Assembly: GCA_030390025.1 (NCBI GenBank)
Contig: CM059431.1
Span: 113,152,001-113,216,000 of the forward strand
Direction: 5' to 3'
Source: Squalus acanthias
Lineage: Eukaryota
Length of the DNA: 64,000 nucleotides
Of this stretch, positions 40,107 to 52,017 are shown piece after piece (within the stretch, counting starts at the first letter, position 1; each line of letters begins with the position of its first letter). Both the position numbers and the translations under genes were made by a program. The notes beneath the pieces were generated by a model. That model was given only the letters and a program-made list of their open reading frames with translations, had not been told where the DNA came from and searched no databases.

Positions 40107-41416
40107 CTGTTTCTCTCTCCACGATGCTGCCTGACCTGCTGAGTGTTGTTGATGCTGAAGAACAACATATGAACATAACTGCGATAGCAAAATACTGCGG
40201 ATGCTGGAAATCCGAAATAACAACAGAAAACGCTGGAAAAACTCAGCAGGCCAGGGCAGCATCTGTGGAGAGAGAAACAGAGTTAACGTTTCAGGTCGAA
40301 GACCCTTCGTCAGAACATAACTACTGAGGAGATTTGAGCCCTTAGAAATCCATTTTTAAACTGCAAGTATCTGTTGTGGCCGTTTCATACAGAAGAGGGC
40401 AGCAGAGGCTTTCGGTCTTGAAGTTTGTTGCACTGAGAAGGTTGGTTAGCATTTCAAACCTTCATTTAATGGGTAAATAGAAACTTCTTAAACGAGTTGA
40501 GCATTGCCCAAGTTTTGAATCTGGCAAGTATAGCCCTCTCGATTTAATAATAAAATACTTTTGATGATTTCTCCAGATGACCTCTTTAATCTGCCGCTTC
40601 CCATGATGTTGGGATGCAGAGTTTATTCTATACATCAGAAACAATTTCTGATCATTTTGCCGTGTCAATGGAGCACCATTTGAGTACATTGGCCTAGAAA
40701 TTCGGGGGTTTAGCACCGGCCGGTGAGCCCCGTTTTGAAGAAAAAATGGCGGCCGACTTACTTCCGCCCGCTTCTGGCGGGTCCCGCGCCGGCCGCCATT
40801 TTCGGTAGGTCGGCAGCGCTACCATTGCCAGCGCTCGCTGCAGAAATGGGAATGAGGCGGATCCTGACGTCACTTTGTGTGCAATGCTCACTTGACGCAC
40901 AATCTGCCATTTTCGACGTCGCCGCTCCACTTACCGCCCTCTCTTAATCACGGCCAGCTGACCAAGCGTTCAGCAGCAGGAAGGAGCCCCCAGCGGCTGG
41001 CATGGTTTCTCAGTTTGACTGGCTCTGTCTAAGTTTCTGCAACTCTTGCAGCTTTCTAAACTTGGTTAAAGTTGCTGAGGTCACAGGGAGAGTTGGTACA
41101 AGTGGAGAACGCCTTCATTCTCATTTAAAGGCTTTTGCTCACACCATTTGCTCATAGTCAAGGGGGCTCTACTTGCAGTGCCCCTCGCACTCGAGCATCT
41201 TCGGGAGAGGGAGCGGAGGCAGCGAAGAAGAGGAGAAGATGCTCGCAGAGGGAGGAGGAGGAGAGGCAGGAGGGCTCTCAACAGCAATCTTCCAGCCACC
41301 ACGTCAAACCCGAGGGTACTAATCGGAGACCAGGGCTATCCGCTCTGCACTTGGCTGATGACTCCCCTCTGCAACCCCATGACTCATGCCCAGCACTCAT
41401 ATAATGACCATGATGC

Positions 41417-42440
41417 GGAGATGCCGGTGTTGGACTGGGGTGGACAAAAATGAGAAGTCGCACAACACCAGGTTATAGTCCAACAGATTTATTTAAAATT
41501 ACAAGCTTTCGGATCTGTCGCCCCTTCGTCAGGTAAAGGTACAATGAGTGAATCTACAATATTACACAGTATATAAACACAGAAACTGCAGAGATACAAT
41601 CTTTCATGGAGGCCTCAAAAGTACCATCGTTCACAGCAAAGTACCCAGCTGTCAGGAGAACAGCGACCACGACACCACACAACCCTGCCACGGCAACCTC
41701 TGCAAGACATGCCAGATCATCAACACAGATACCGTCATCACACGTGAGGACACTACCCACCAGGTACATGGTACATACTCATGTGACTCGGCCAACGTTG
41801 TCTACCTGATACGTTGCAGGAAAGGATGCCCCAGAGCATGGTACATTGGCGAGACCATGCAGACACTGAGACAATGTATGAACGGACACCGCGCAACAAT
41901 CGCCAGGCAGGATTGTTACCTCCCAGTCGGGGAACACTTCAGCAGTCAAGGACATTCAGCCTCGGATCTGCGGGTTAGCGTTCTCCAAGGCGGCCTTCGA
42001 GACACACGACAACGCAAAATCATCAAGCAGAAACTAATAGCCAAGTTCCGCACCCATGAGGACGGCCTCAATAGGGATATCGGGTTCATGTCACGCTACA
42101 GAACGTGACTCGACATCGTTGTCTGTCTTTCCAGTTTTAAAAAAAACACAAAAAAAAACCAACCAAAAAAAAAGGGTTAAAAGCTCAACTGCAGACAGCA
42201 GGATTTGACACGTTGGACCCCCTGTGACCCATCTCATTGTCTTGGCTGTGCTCTGGTGTGTCTTTGATGTAAGACCTCCCTGAAAGATTGTATCTCTGCA
42301 GTTTCTGTGTTTATATACTGTGTAATATTGTAGATTCACTCATTGTACCTTTACCTGACGAAGGGGCGACAGCTCCGAAAGCTTGTAATTTTAAATAAAT
42401 CTGTTGGACTATAACCTGGTGTTGTGCGACTTCTCATTTT
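41417..42440 (+). mobile_element. 5'-truncated Penelope-like element family B with inverted pseudo-LTRs
   Basis: GIY-YIG ORF 41548-42108 (CKTC...SCDSANVVYLIRC...YIGET.QTLRQ.MNGHR...PVGEHF...GLNRD); ~166-bp inverted repeats at 41447-41612 and 42275-42440. Confidence 0.92.
42351..42388 (+). ncRNA. Minimal type-I hammerhead ribozyme motif (Penelope family B)
   Basis: UUAC-CUGACGA-A-GGGGC GACA GCUCC-GAAA-GC-UU/GUAA: stem I UUAC:GUAA, 5-bp stem II, palindromic AGCU; inverted copy at about 41499-41536 has one stem-II mismatch. Confidence 0.8.
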
Positions 42441-42936
42441 CATGTAATGACAGCCATGATGCCACCAGGAACATCATCAAGAGGACCATCTGGCTACTGC
42501 AGCAACGGTTCTGCTGCCTTGACTGCTCGGGAGGAGCCCTCCGGTACTCGCTGGAGCGGGTGTCCCATTTCGTGGTGGTCTTCTGCATGCTCCACAACTT
42601 GGCCATCATGAGGGCACAGTCCTTGCCACCAGGGATTGCGGGACCACCTCAGGAGGAAGAGGAAGAGGAGGGAGGGAGGAGGCAGGCAGCAAATTCCTGT
42701 TCCGGATGTTCTGTCCGTGAACACCTCATCAGCCTCTGTTTCCAATGAATGAAACCCCAGATCCCCGTTGTTCACCACTTCCCCATCATTCCCTCTGTGA
42801 TGGAACATCACAGTGTCCTCCTGGGCACAAAGCTGAAATGAGAGCCACATCAAAACACACATTCCAAACAAAAATCATAAATTTATCCGAATCCAATCAA
42901 CATTACAATATCAACTAATCACCCGTGTGCATTCCC

Positions 42937-44723
42937 TTAGTGCCTGTCGTTCATGTGCCTTTACCTACTCTAGTGCTCCTGCGCAGTGCTCCCCCAGTGG
43001 CTGCAGCATGGCTGGTGGAAGGCTGCTGACATTCAGTGGGGGAGACTGTAGATGGCGTGCACAACGACCTCAACCATCTGTGGATCTAGAAGGCCCGTAT
43101 GTAGACTACACCACATCGGCATGGGCGGCAGCAGTCTGGGCTGGCTGGCTGACAGGCAGCTGCAAGGGCAATGGTGGAGTGCCAGCGATGGGAGCAGGAA
43201 TACTGTCATCCTGAGAGAGGACAGCAGGTTCTTGCTCCACAGACCTACTGCCATTCCCCTGGAGAGGCGCCTCAGCATTCCTAGCAAGCCCCTTTCGAGA
43301 CTTGTAAACCCAGCGACGATGGCAGCAGTCTGAGTTTCCACTGCAGCAGTGAGACGTTGGGTTGCTTCTGCCTGTGCTGCAACGGAATGAGATGCGACAT
43401 CGCCCATCACACGCAGCATTATGGCTGGGTCCACAAGGTCTCTCCTGGAGTAGTCCATCATTTCCATCCTGGAAATCATTGGCTCCAGGCTCTGTGCAAA
43501 GCCCTGTTCAATGTTGGAGCCAAACTCCTCCACGCTCCTTGACCCTGACAAGACGTTCTCTGGCAAGCTTGCCATTGCACCTAACATTTCCGTGTGCATG
43601 CCCATCACCCTTCTTCTGAAGGCCACCCCATCGAGGTCCTCATCTGAGTCCTGTGCAGCAGAACCCATGCGCGAACTCGCCCTCTGGAGAGCTGGCACCC
43701 AAGCTACTCTTTCCCCCTGGCCTGGCTGCAGCCCACTCGAGCCCAGTGCCTCAGCATATGCCATTTTCTGAGTTGGTGTCTGCGAGTGTCAGATGCAGTG
43801 CCGATGTGTCTTCTTCTTCTCCTCCATCATTCTCCTCCACAAGTTCAGGGGCAAGCTGGGCTGCTGGCAGTTCTTGGGTATCTGAAGGCAGAAAGGCACA
43901 AGGGTCGGGTTGCGGTGAGGGGAGGGGAGAGAAATGCAAGATGTCCATGCATACACCATCGGCAGCTTGTAAGTGAGAAGAGATTGTGGGCTGAGGGGGA
44001 AGTGGGATGTGAGAAGAAGGATTAGGAATGACCATACCGTCATCATCAGCAACGGCTTCAACTTCTCCGCTGGCCACGGACTCTGTCACTGCCCCTCCAA
44101 TAATGTCAAGGACGGATTCCTTCAGGCCGTGAGGTTCTGTATTGCAGCTTGGCCACCTCCCGTCTGCTGCTGCTCCCTCCTGTTGTGAGCCACCTTTGCC
44201 TGGAAGAGAAAGGGAAGTGTGTCAGTGAGTGTAGTGCAATGTGTTTGGGTGATATGCCTGCCATAGTTGAATAGCTGGCAGTGTGTGCCAGGTGTGAAAT
44301 GTGGGTGTGAGTGTTGCAGGAGTGGTAAGGTTGTGAGGGTGAAGTGAAGCCATGATTGTGAGCTATGAGTGGTGATAGCTAGAGATTGCTGGTAGGTGAA
44401 TGATGGGGGTGTGGTGCACTGAGCAGTGTGTGAGGCTTGCGGTGCAGATGGTGGGATATGGCATTTGCTGAAGCCTTCACTCACCTTGACATGCTGTGTG
44501 AGGTCATTAAATGTTTTTCAGCACTTGAACCAGGTCCTTGGGACCACACAGGTGGCCATGACAGTGTCAGCTATCTCCTCCCAGAGCCTTCTGCAAGTGG
44601 CCTCGGATGGCCTCCTGCCACCCTATGGGAACAGGACAGCCCACCTTCGTTGCACGGCCACGACCAAGGCCTCCAGTGCAGCATCCAAAAACATTTGTGT
44701 CGCTCCCTTGGTTGCTGAGCCAT
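42937..44723 (-). pseudogene. Harbinger accessory Myb/SANT-like gene, three exons (44485-44723, 44038-44199, ~42937-43881), frameshifted
   Basis: Canonical splice sites on -: AAG|GTGAG, TTCCAG|GCAAAGGTGGCTCACAAC (AKVAHNRREQQQTGGG), ACG|GTATG, TTCAG|ATACC; convergent with the transposase. Confidence 0.7.
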
Positions 44724-46769
44724 GTCTTCATTCAGGATGATAATGAGGTGCTTCTGCAACAAAGCACCTCCCCTTTAAGTAGTGCAGAGAGCCTAGCCAA
44801 ACATGACTGGCCATTGGTCCCCACCATTGAGTGCTAAGCCAATCAGCAGCACATTTAGCACTGAGATCAGCGCTCCAATCATTATAATGAGCAGGCAGCA
44901 CGAATTTTGCATGCTGCCTGGACCACTTTGAACGGGCGCAGGCAAATAGCGCTGGCCCGTGACACCGCCCATCTTCGTGCCTAATCCAATTTCTAGGTCA
45001 TAATATGTACCACTCCCTCCACAAAACCTTCCACTGAGCGGAAAGACCAATTTGCAGTGTTGTGTGCACTCATGCCTGTCCGGATCCAAATATTTTGGGC
45101 AACCAGTCACAGTAATTTGCTTGCACCATGGCACAAGACCTCTTGATTTAATCCTAAACTAGACGATTTTTATGAATGGAAACTATCAAGATTCGATTCT
45201 ATTCAAATTCAAGATAATAATGGATGTGTTGAGGGGAAATAAGCATCCATTATTATCTGCGACCGGGTTTCAAAACTCTGTGATACCTAATTAGTAAGTT
45301 GACTCAGACATGAGAGAAAGCGAGAGATATGGAGGAAGATGCTGCAGTTTGGATAGATTAGGACCCGCAGTCATTTTCTAGCTATATTCTGATGGCCATA
45401 AACCTAACAAGTATGATGCATCAGGTTATCCTGCTCAACAAAATTCCCTAAACTTAAACATACTTTAGCGTTAACAAGCCCAACCTTTTTAAATTGATCA
45501 AGCCCTCCCACCTAACTTCTCACCGATCCCTTTTCCCTCCAAAATAAAACTCTTTGCCTCTTGAACCCACACATTCCTTCAGCGTTCAAAGACCTGGTAA
45601 CTTATTCTACCAGCCTTTTAAAATTTGATGCCACAATTCCACCTGACTCTTATAAAAGATGTCTCTTTTAATACAACGAGGGACCACTTATATTTTCCAA
45701 AGTTCGGAGGAGTGGGATAGTGCCGGAATAGAGCTCTTTATGTGCTTATACATAATTGATTTTTTGTTGTTGTTGTTTTACAATGTGCTCCTGGGAGGGT
45801 AAGCGAAAGAATGCTCTTTGTGCTGTTGTTACAAATACAGAAGTTGTAGACGGTCCCTTATGTTAAGACTGAACTGTTTTTAGAAGCAGTGTGTAGATTG
45901 TACTATATCGCACCTGCAGTCTGTGTTTGTTTTACGGGTGTTTATGTTCCTCCAGGAAATGATTTCCAAAATGGTGCATGACGTGGGTGATCAGCACCAT
46001 CAATTCTTCGCTGCTTCACAGTATTATAGTTCACAGACCACATTAAAGCGTGGCAAAATCAGATGAGGGTCTTGTGTGTGTGTTTTTTTTTAACCAAAAA
46101 TAAACCAACTCGTGATGTCAAGCCCGGGGCTCAGGGATCAGAGACAGAATTGTCACTTTGCGGGGGGAGGGCTGGCTGTATTTTTTCTTCAGTACAGGGC
46201 CTCCTGAGCATGTGGTATCTGTAAGAATAGACTCATCTCTACTACACTGAGCTTCTTTGATTAACTGTGCTGTATACTAAGTGCACTTTCACAAAGATCA
46301 AAATCTCTTCCGTCAGTAAAAAAAAAGAGAAAAGGCGATGCCAGCAAGATGTTTTTTCTGGCTTTGGTGTCTTTCTTACAAATCCTTCTTTTATTCAGAA
46401 AAACAAGAATCATATTACTTCATCCCATTTGCTGTTCTTGAAGTAAAACGGATGTTTAACGCGCAGTTGGATTTTTTTTTTTCTTTTCAGTGTATTGGTG
46501 CCATTGCGCTCTGCATTGCAAAGTGGCAGAGCACCCATTATTTTATTGGGCAGTATAGCTTGCACGCACTCAAATTTAGTCAGCTGATCTCAGTAAGGGC
46601 ACTACAATTGGCATCCACAACCCAGCGCGAGAAAGGATTGACAAAACTGGCAGGGTACCTGCACCTGATTTGCAGCCTGTGATCCCTGCAAATGTCTTGT
46701 GTGGTTAGGATCAGGCTCAGCTTTGAGGCCTCCCATTATTAATTAGCAAACTTACACACGCACACACTC

Positions 46770-46965
46770 TCGTGGTAGCACTCTCATCTCTGAGTCAGAA
46801 GGTTGTGGGTTCAAGTCCCACTTCGGCGACTCGAGCACAGAATCTAGACTGACGCTCCAGTGCAGTACTGAGGGAGCGCTGCACTCTCAGACATGCCGTT
46901 TTTCAGATGAGACGTAAAAGATCCCATGCCACTATTTCGAAGAAGAGCAGGGGAGTTCTGGCCAA
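46770..46965 (+). mobile_element. DeuSINE 5' part with tRNA-derived head
   Basis: gtggtagcactctc...GGTTCAAGTCC B-box followed by a Deu-like core. Confidence 0.8.
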
Positions 46966-47045
46966 TTTTAAGATCACCCAAATTCCATTTGAGCTGTGAA
47001 ATATAAAACATGCACATTTTTATTAGGTATGGGCAAAAACACAAT

Positions 47046-47794
47046 GGCCCAAAAATTCGGCCGTTCTCGGGAGAGTACCCGCTGTGTACTCCCACTTATT
47101 CGGTCCCGAAGTGCCGGTTTCCTGCATGCACTGCGCACAGCAGTGTATGGCGAAGGGGGCGGTTCCTAGGTGAACCACGTGCGCACTACAGGCTGTGCGC
47201 ACGCAGCGCACTTAGGTTTTTTTTCAGGTTTCAACGCGAGGGTAAGTATGGAAGATTTTACATAAGAAAAAAGGAGACGTAAGACCCCTTTTGAACAAGG
47301 TAAGTAGTTAATTAAGTATAATTTTTAATTTTTTTCAACAGGTTTATCTTTTTTAGAGACTTTAAAGAAAGGTAAGTTTATTTTTATAACTTTTAAAAAA
47401 AAAAATTGATTTTTTCAAAAATTTAAGTTTTTGTTTAAAGTGGTTAATTTATTTAACTATAGTTATTTTATTAATGTGATGGGTTTTAAAAAAAAATATT
47501 TGAGGTTTAGCTGTTCTTTTGGGGTCTCTTTCAATTCACAGATTTGACAGGTCTCCTGTCAAATCTATGAATGAAAGATGGTGTGCTGCCATTGGCTCTC
47601 CATGGCCCACGTGATCCCAGAGGTCGCATCGCACTAACTGCGCCCCTGGGACACGCACACACTGCGCGCCGGCACTAGGGAGAGGCCCAGGACCCGAAGT
47701 TCCTGTGGGCCCGAAACACAACGGCCGGCGCGGAGTGTGATATCGCGCGCGATCCTTACCTCCGCGGCAAGCCTCCGAGTCAAATTTCTGGGCC
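47046..47794 (-). mobile_element. Harbinger-like MITE (inverted partner of 48321-49085)
   Basis: TIRs GGCCCAAAAATT / AATTTCTGGGCC, AAT TSD; internal hairpin agatttgacagg-tctc-cctgtcaaatct. Confidence 0.88.
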
Positions 47795-48219
47795 AATTAA
47801 TCCTGTATTTCCGTGGTTTGGGCTCGTATGACATTGTTGGGGGAATCTTCCTGAGAATAGCGTGACACGTTTTCAACCTCAGAGGCACTGTTATGTGTTA
47901 AACAGCATTCACAGCAGGAAGAGAACTCCTCTAACATTTACATGTTTAGTCTTGCACCATGCCCCGTGTCACAGCTGGGGTTCTGCAGACAGTTTACTTG
48001 AGCCACCTGCTAGGACGCATGTAAGCATGACCCAGTGTGACTGACTTGAAGGTTCATGTCAACTCTCGACGTGATGCCTCCTGCTGATCACATACTTGGG
48101 ACTGGAAACTTTGTATACGAATCTACATTGTGCTTCTTTATGGAACAGCAGTGACTAAATTTAAAATGGTTGCTCCCATTTTATGGGCCTAAAATGGGTT
48201 CAACCTGACCCTTGTGACC

Positions 48220-49355
48220 AGATAGATGTGTTTAAAATTATGAAGAGATTCAATAGGGTAGACGTAGAGAAGATGTTTCCACTTGTGAGGGAGTACAAAA
48301 CTAGGGGCCATAAATATAAGGGGCCAGAAATTCGGCTCGCTGGCTTCCCGCGGGTGCAAGGATCGCACGGGCACCTACCTACCGCGCCTGCCGTTGACCC
48401 CTGGGCCTGCGGGAGATTCTGGTCCTGGGCCTCCTCCAACTGCCGGCGCGCAGTGCTTGCGTATCCCAGGGGCGTAGTTAGTGCGATGCGTCCCCTGGGA
48501 TCACGTGGGCCATGGAGAGCCAATGGCAGCAGACCATCTTTCATTCATAGATTTGACAGGAAGACCTGTCAAATCTATGAATACAGATCGGCCCCAAAAC
48601 ATCCCTAAAACTACAAATAAATTTTAAAAAACCATCACATTCTTAAAATAACTATAAATCACATTAATTAACTATTTTAAACAAAAATTTAAATTTTTGA
48701 AAAAATTAATTACACTTTTTAACGGGGCTAAAACTAAACTTACCTTTCTTTAAAGTAATTAAAAAAGATAAATCTGTGAAAAAAATGTTTAAATTTTAAT
48801 AAAATCAACACTTACCTTGTTAAAAGAAGGCCTTGCACCTCCTTTTTCAATGTGTATCTTCTCCGTGCTTACCCTCACGGAGGAACCTGTAAAAAAACTC
48901 GAAGTGCGAGGCGAACGTGCTGGCCCTCCGGCGTGCACGTTCGACCTCTGAACCCCTTCCTTCAGGGGAACGGAAGTGCCCGTTTCCCGCGCATGCGCAG
49001 TGCATGCAAGAAACCGACACTTTTGTTCCGTCCATGGGTGAGTACATAGTGCGTACTCACCCGCGGCGAGCCTAATTTCTGCCCCAAGATAGTCACTAAT
49101 AAATCCAATAAGGAATTCAGGAAAAATGTCTTTACTCAGAGTGGTGAGAATGTGGAACTCGCTACCACATGAAGTGGTTGAGTCGATTAGCATTTAAGGG
49201 AAGCCAGATAAGTACATGAGGGAGAAAGGAATAGAAGGATATGTTGAGAGGGCAAGATGAAGTAAGGTGGGAGGAGGCTCCTGTGGAGCAGAAACACCAG
49301 TATAGACCTGCTGGGCTGAATGGAACGTTTCTGTGCCGTAAAATTCTATGCAATC
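48220..49355 (+). mobile_element. CR1 LINE 3' fragment split by a MITE
   Basis: FKIMKRFNRVDVEKMFPLV...TRGHKYK | IVTNKSNKEFRKN rejoins when the MITE is removed. Confidence 0.85.
48321..49085 (+). mobile_element. Harbinger-like MITE
   Basis: 20-bp TIRs GGGCCAGAAATTCGGCTCGC / GCGAGCCTAATTTCTGCCCC; AAG TSD confirmed by the CR1 context; perfect 18-bp hairpin 48543-48582. Confidence 0.9.
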
Positions 49356-51029
49356 TATGTAATTAAACCCTGTATGGACTGGCAGAGAAGTCCCAATGGA
49401 ACCTGAACAATCTGCTCAGGGAATTGAGGTCCCGAATAGATGAGGGAAGGTTGCAATCCACAGCTGAGGAATACGCCCCAATAATGACTGGTTAGGTAAG
49501 GGTTAAGTAAGAACGCTCTTATTTTACTGCCAATCCGTTGATAGTGGGCAAAAGAAAAGGCCATAGGCTTCCTGTGGTACTGAAGCCCAAACCTGATTGT
49601 AGGGCTCTCGTAAGGGCATCTGTGCGTGTATCAACTTCTGTTCATAGCTGTGTGGGGTTAATGCGAGACTAGGGCTGCTGGTGTAGCATTGTTAATCATG
49701 TGTGCTGAAGTGTATCCAGGTGTAGAACGATCTATATTGTTAATAAATGTCTATATTTGTTACTGCCATTTTTGACTCGGTCTTCCATCTGGCTCCATAT
49801 TTAATATAGTTTCACTGCTGCTTTACACTGTAAAGGGAAGTTGCATAAAGTATTACAAAAACGCCTAAGAGAATTCCAATCTAAAGTCTTAACAGGAGAA
49901 GTGTACAATGTCTCTTTGAAGGGCTGAATTTAAAACTAAATCCATGTTTGATTCGGGAGGACCTCGATTCAGAGAGCAAGAATTACTGTGTCCGTGGTGA
50001 GTGATCTACCTAATTAATAGAGTGGTATGCAGATTTTGTACTGAACTCATTAAATATTTAGTGCAATGCTATTACACAGTTATTAAAGAACTGTTACTTT
50101 TAATAGTGAGGACATTATTGCTTTGTTAAGCATCAAGTATTAGTTTATAGCAGGCTCTTAAAAATGAAATGTTGCTCGGTGCTGTAATTGGAAATGGGTT
50201 TATAAGCTAATAACATTACTTGGAGGCACTTGCCTACATCAAGGCTGCCCACTGTGTGCTAGCACTGCAAAACACTAACTGAGTGGGAAATAGTGGTGAG
50301 ATGACAATCTCGAGATAGAGGTTAATGCTTCTAAGTGCCATTATAAACATATCATAAATCACTATTCTGTACTTTTAAAAAGCTGGCAGGAGAAAGCACT
50401 GGCATTTTTTTAACCAATAATACTGATAAAGCAAATTTCTTTGCACCTTTCTGAGTCAGTAAATAGCATTAGGTGTATGGGCTGCAGCCAAACTTAAATT
50501 AGAGTCGGTGGTCAAAGATTACATCAATTATAAGAATTATGAGGAGAGGGCCTTCAACAAGGCCTTTTACAGACGTCAAGGTTTAGCGAGTATGGGGGAG
50601 AAATTGGATATTGATGCGCCTGTTTATCGGGCATGAAATAGGCAAAACGGGATGCAAAATCGGATTGTGATCTTCGCCGCCCGATTGACACTGGAAGTGC
50701 ACCTCAGGCAAAACTGAATCAGGTGACTTTTAGTTGCCCAGGGTGTCCGCCTGAAACAGATGGCAAGCTGGTTTGGTATGCAAACTGGTTGTAGGACCCC
50801 GATGTGAAATTGGACAGCAGCTAGACGGAACAAGCTCCGACTAGTTTTTACGTGTCTAGAGCAGCTTATCCACCGGTCCTGAAACTGAGCGCCGACGGCT
50901 TCTGAATAAAGGCCCGAACCCTTTGCAAATTGTTGTCTTTTGTGGACTCTGAAGGAGCAGGGGTGCTACTCCTGGCTCCACAAAACAACTGTGGGCCACT
51001 GAGAGGCTGGGATCGCTAACCCCCCCTCC

Positions 51030-51620
51030 CCACCTCAGGACCTACCTAAGTGCCTCCCATCTCTGCCCCCTTCATCTCCCCCTCCTCAGGACAGTGCTGC
51101 CCTGTCGGAGGTGCCGTCTTTCGGATGAGACGTTAAACTGAGGCCCCGTCTGCTCTCAGGCGGACGTAAAAGATCCCATGGCACGATTTCGAAAAAGAGC
51201 AGGGGAGTTATCCCCCGGTATCCTGGCCAATATTTATCCCTCAACCAACATAACCAAAATAAACCAGATTATCTGGTCATTATCACATTGCTGTTTGTGG
51301 GACCTTGCTGTGCGCAAATTGGCTGCCGCGTTTCCCACATTACAACAGTGACTCCACTTCAAATAGTACTTCATTGGCTGTAAAGCGCTTTGAGACGTCC
51401 GGTGGTCGTGAAAGGCGCTATATAAATGCAAGTCTTTCTTTCTTTCTTTGTTATACCTGAGGGCCTCCCCCTGTCCGCCCACCTCCGCCCCACTCTCAGG
51501 ACCTACCTGAGGGCCTCCCCCTCTCCGCCCGCCTCCGCCCCACTCTCAGGACCTACCTGAGTGCCTCCCCCTCCGCCCCCTTCATCCCACCCCTCCTCAG
51601 GACCTACCCGAGGGCCTCTG
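51030..51620. repeat. ~50-bp C-rich minisatellite (ctcaggacctacctgagggcctccccc...), interrupted by the SINE
   Basis: Units at ~51033-51092 and three or more at 51453-51620. Confidence 0.75.
51092..51447 (+). mobile_element. DeuSINE (SacSINE1-like), 5'-truncated, well preserved
   Basis: Deu-like core gtgccgtctttcggatgagacgttaaac...gtaaaagatcccatggcac; L2-like tail ending (TTTC)n. Confidence 0.85.
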
Positions 51621-52017
51621 CTGGCATCGCAGCTGGCCCAAATGGCTGCGTTTGGTATCGGTGAGCGTCTTCTGGATGCCTGATAGGTGCCCACCGTTTG
51701 CCGGTTAAGTGTTGTCGAGGCCTGGTGCTGAATATGACACCGGACCCGCACACAGACCGATCGCGCCGCTGACTTGCCACCAGTTTTGGACGCAAATCCA
51801 AATTCTACCCCCGATCTCTGCAATGAAAATCCTTTCAACTTTCATCTTTGCAGTAACAAACAAAACAGCATTTAAGTAACATTTTACAGACAAGTGCATC
51901 CTAGACGTAATTGGTATCATGTTCGAATATCAGTGGATTCCAATTGTACACTTGTTTCATTGCTGTGAATGTTAGTCTTTAACAGCTTCTCATTTACTCA
52001 TCAAGTAGAACAACGTT

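Larger units (their letters stand above)
40691..44999 (+). mobile_element. Near full-length two-gene PIF/Harbinger element (deleted transposase on +, spliced Myb/SANT gene on -)
   Basis: TIRs GGCCTAGAAATT / AATTTCTAGGTC, flanks ATT/ATA; transposase remnants LIGDQGYPLCTWLMTPL...YND (41310-41410) and HDATRNIIKRTI.LLQQRF.CLD.SGGAL.YS..RV...VVVFCMLHNLAI (42445-42745). Confidence 0.9.
50594..51812. mobile_element. Harbinger-like MITE containing a minisatellite and a nested SINE
   Basis: TIRs GGGGGAGAAATTGG / CCAAATTCTACCCCC; flanks TAT/GAT. Confidence 0.7.

Noticed and set aside
46770..46830. tRNA gene (also 7150-7220, 15180-15260)
   Set aside because: A/B-box-like heads run directly into SINE bodies, and no cloverleaf is evident.
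49358..49806. Second solo LTR
   Set aside because: Has a TGT start and AATAAA, but no convincing CA end or TSD, and the start overlaps the CR1 tail repeat.
51030..51620. CRISPR-like repeat-spacer array
   Set aside because: Eukaryotic context; inter-repeat sequences resemble each other (minisatellite); no cas genes.
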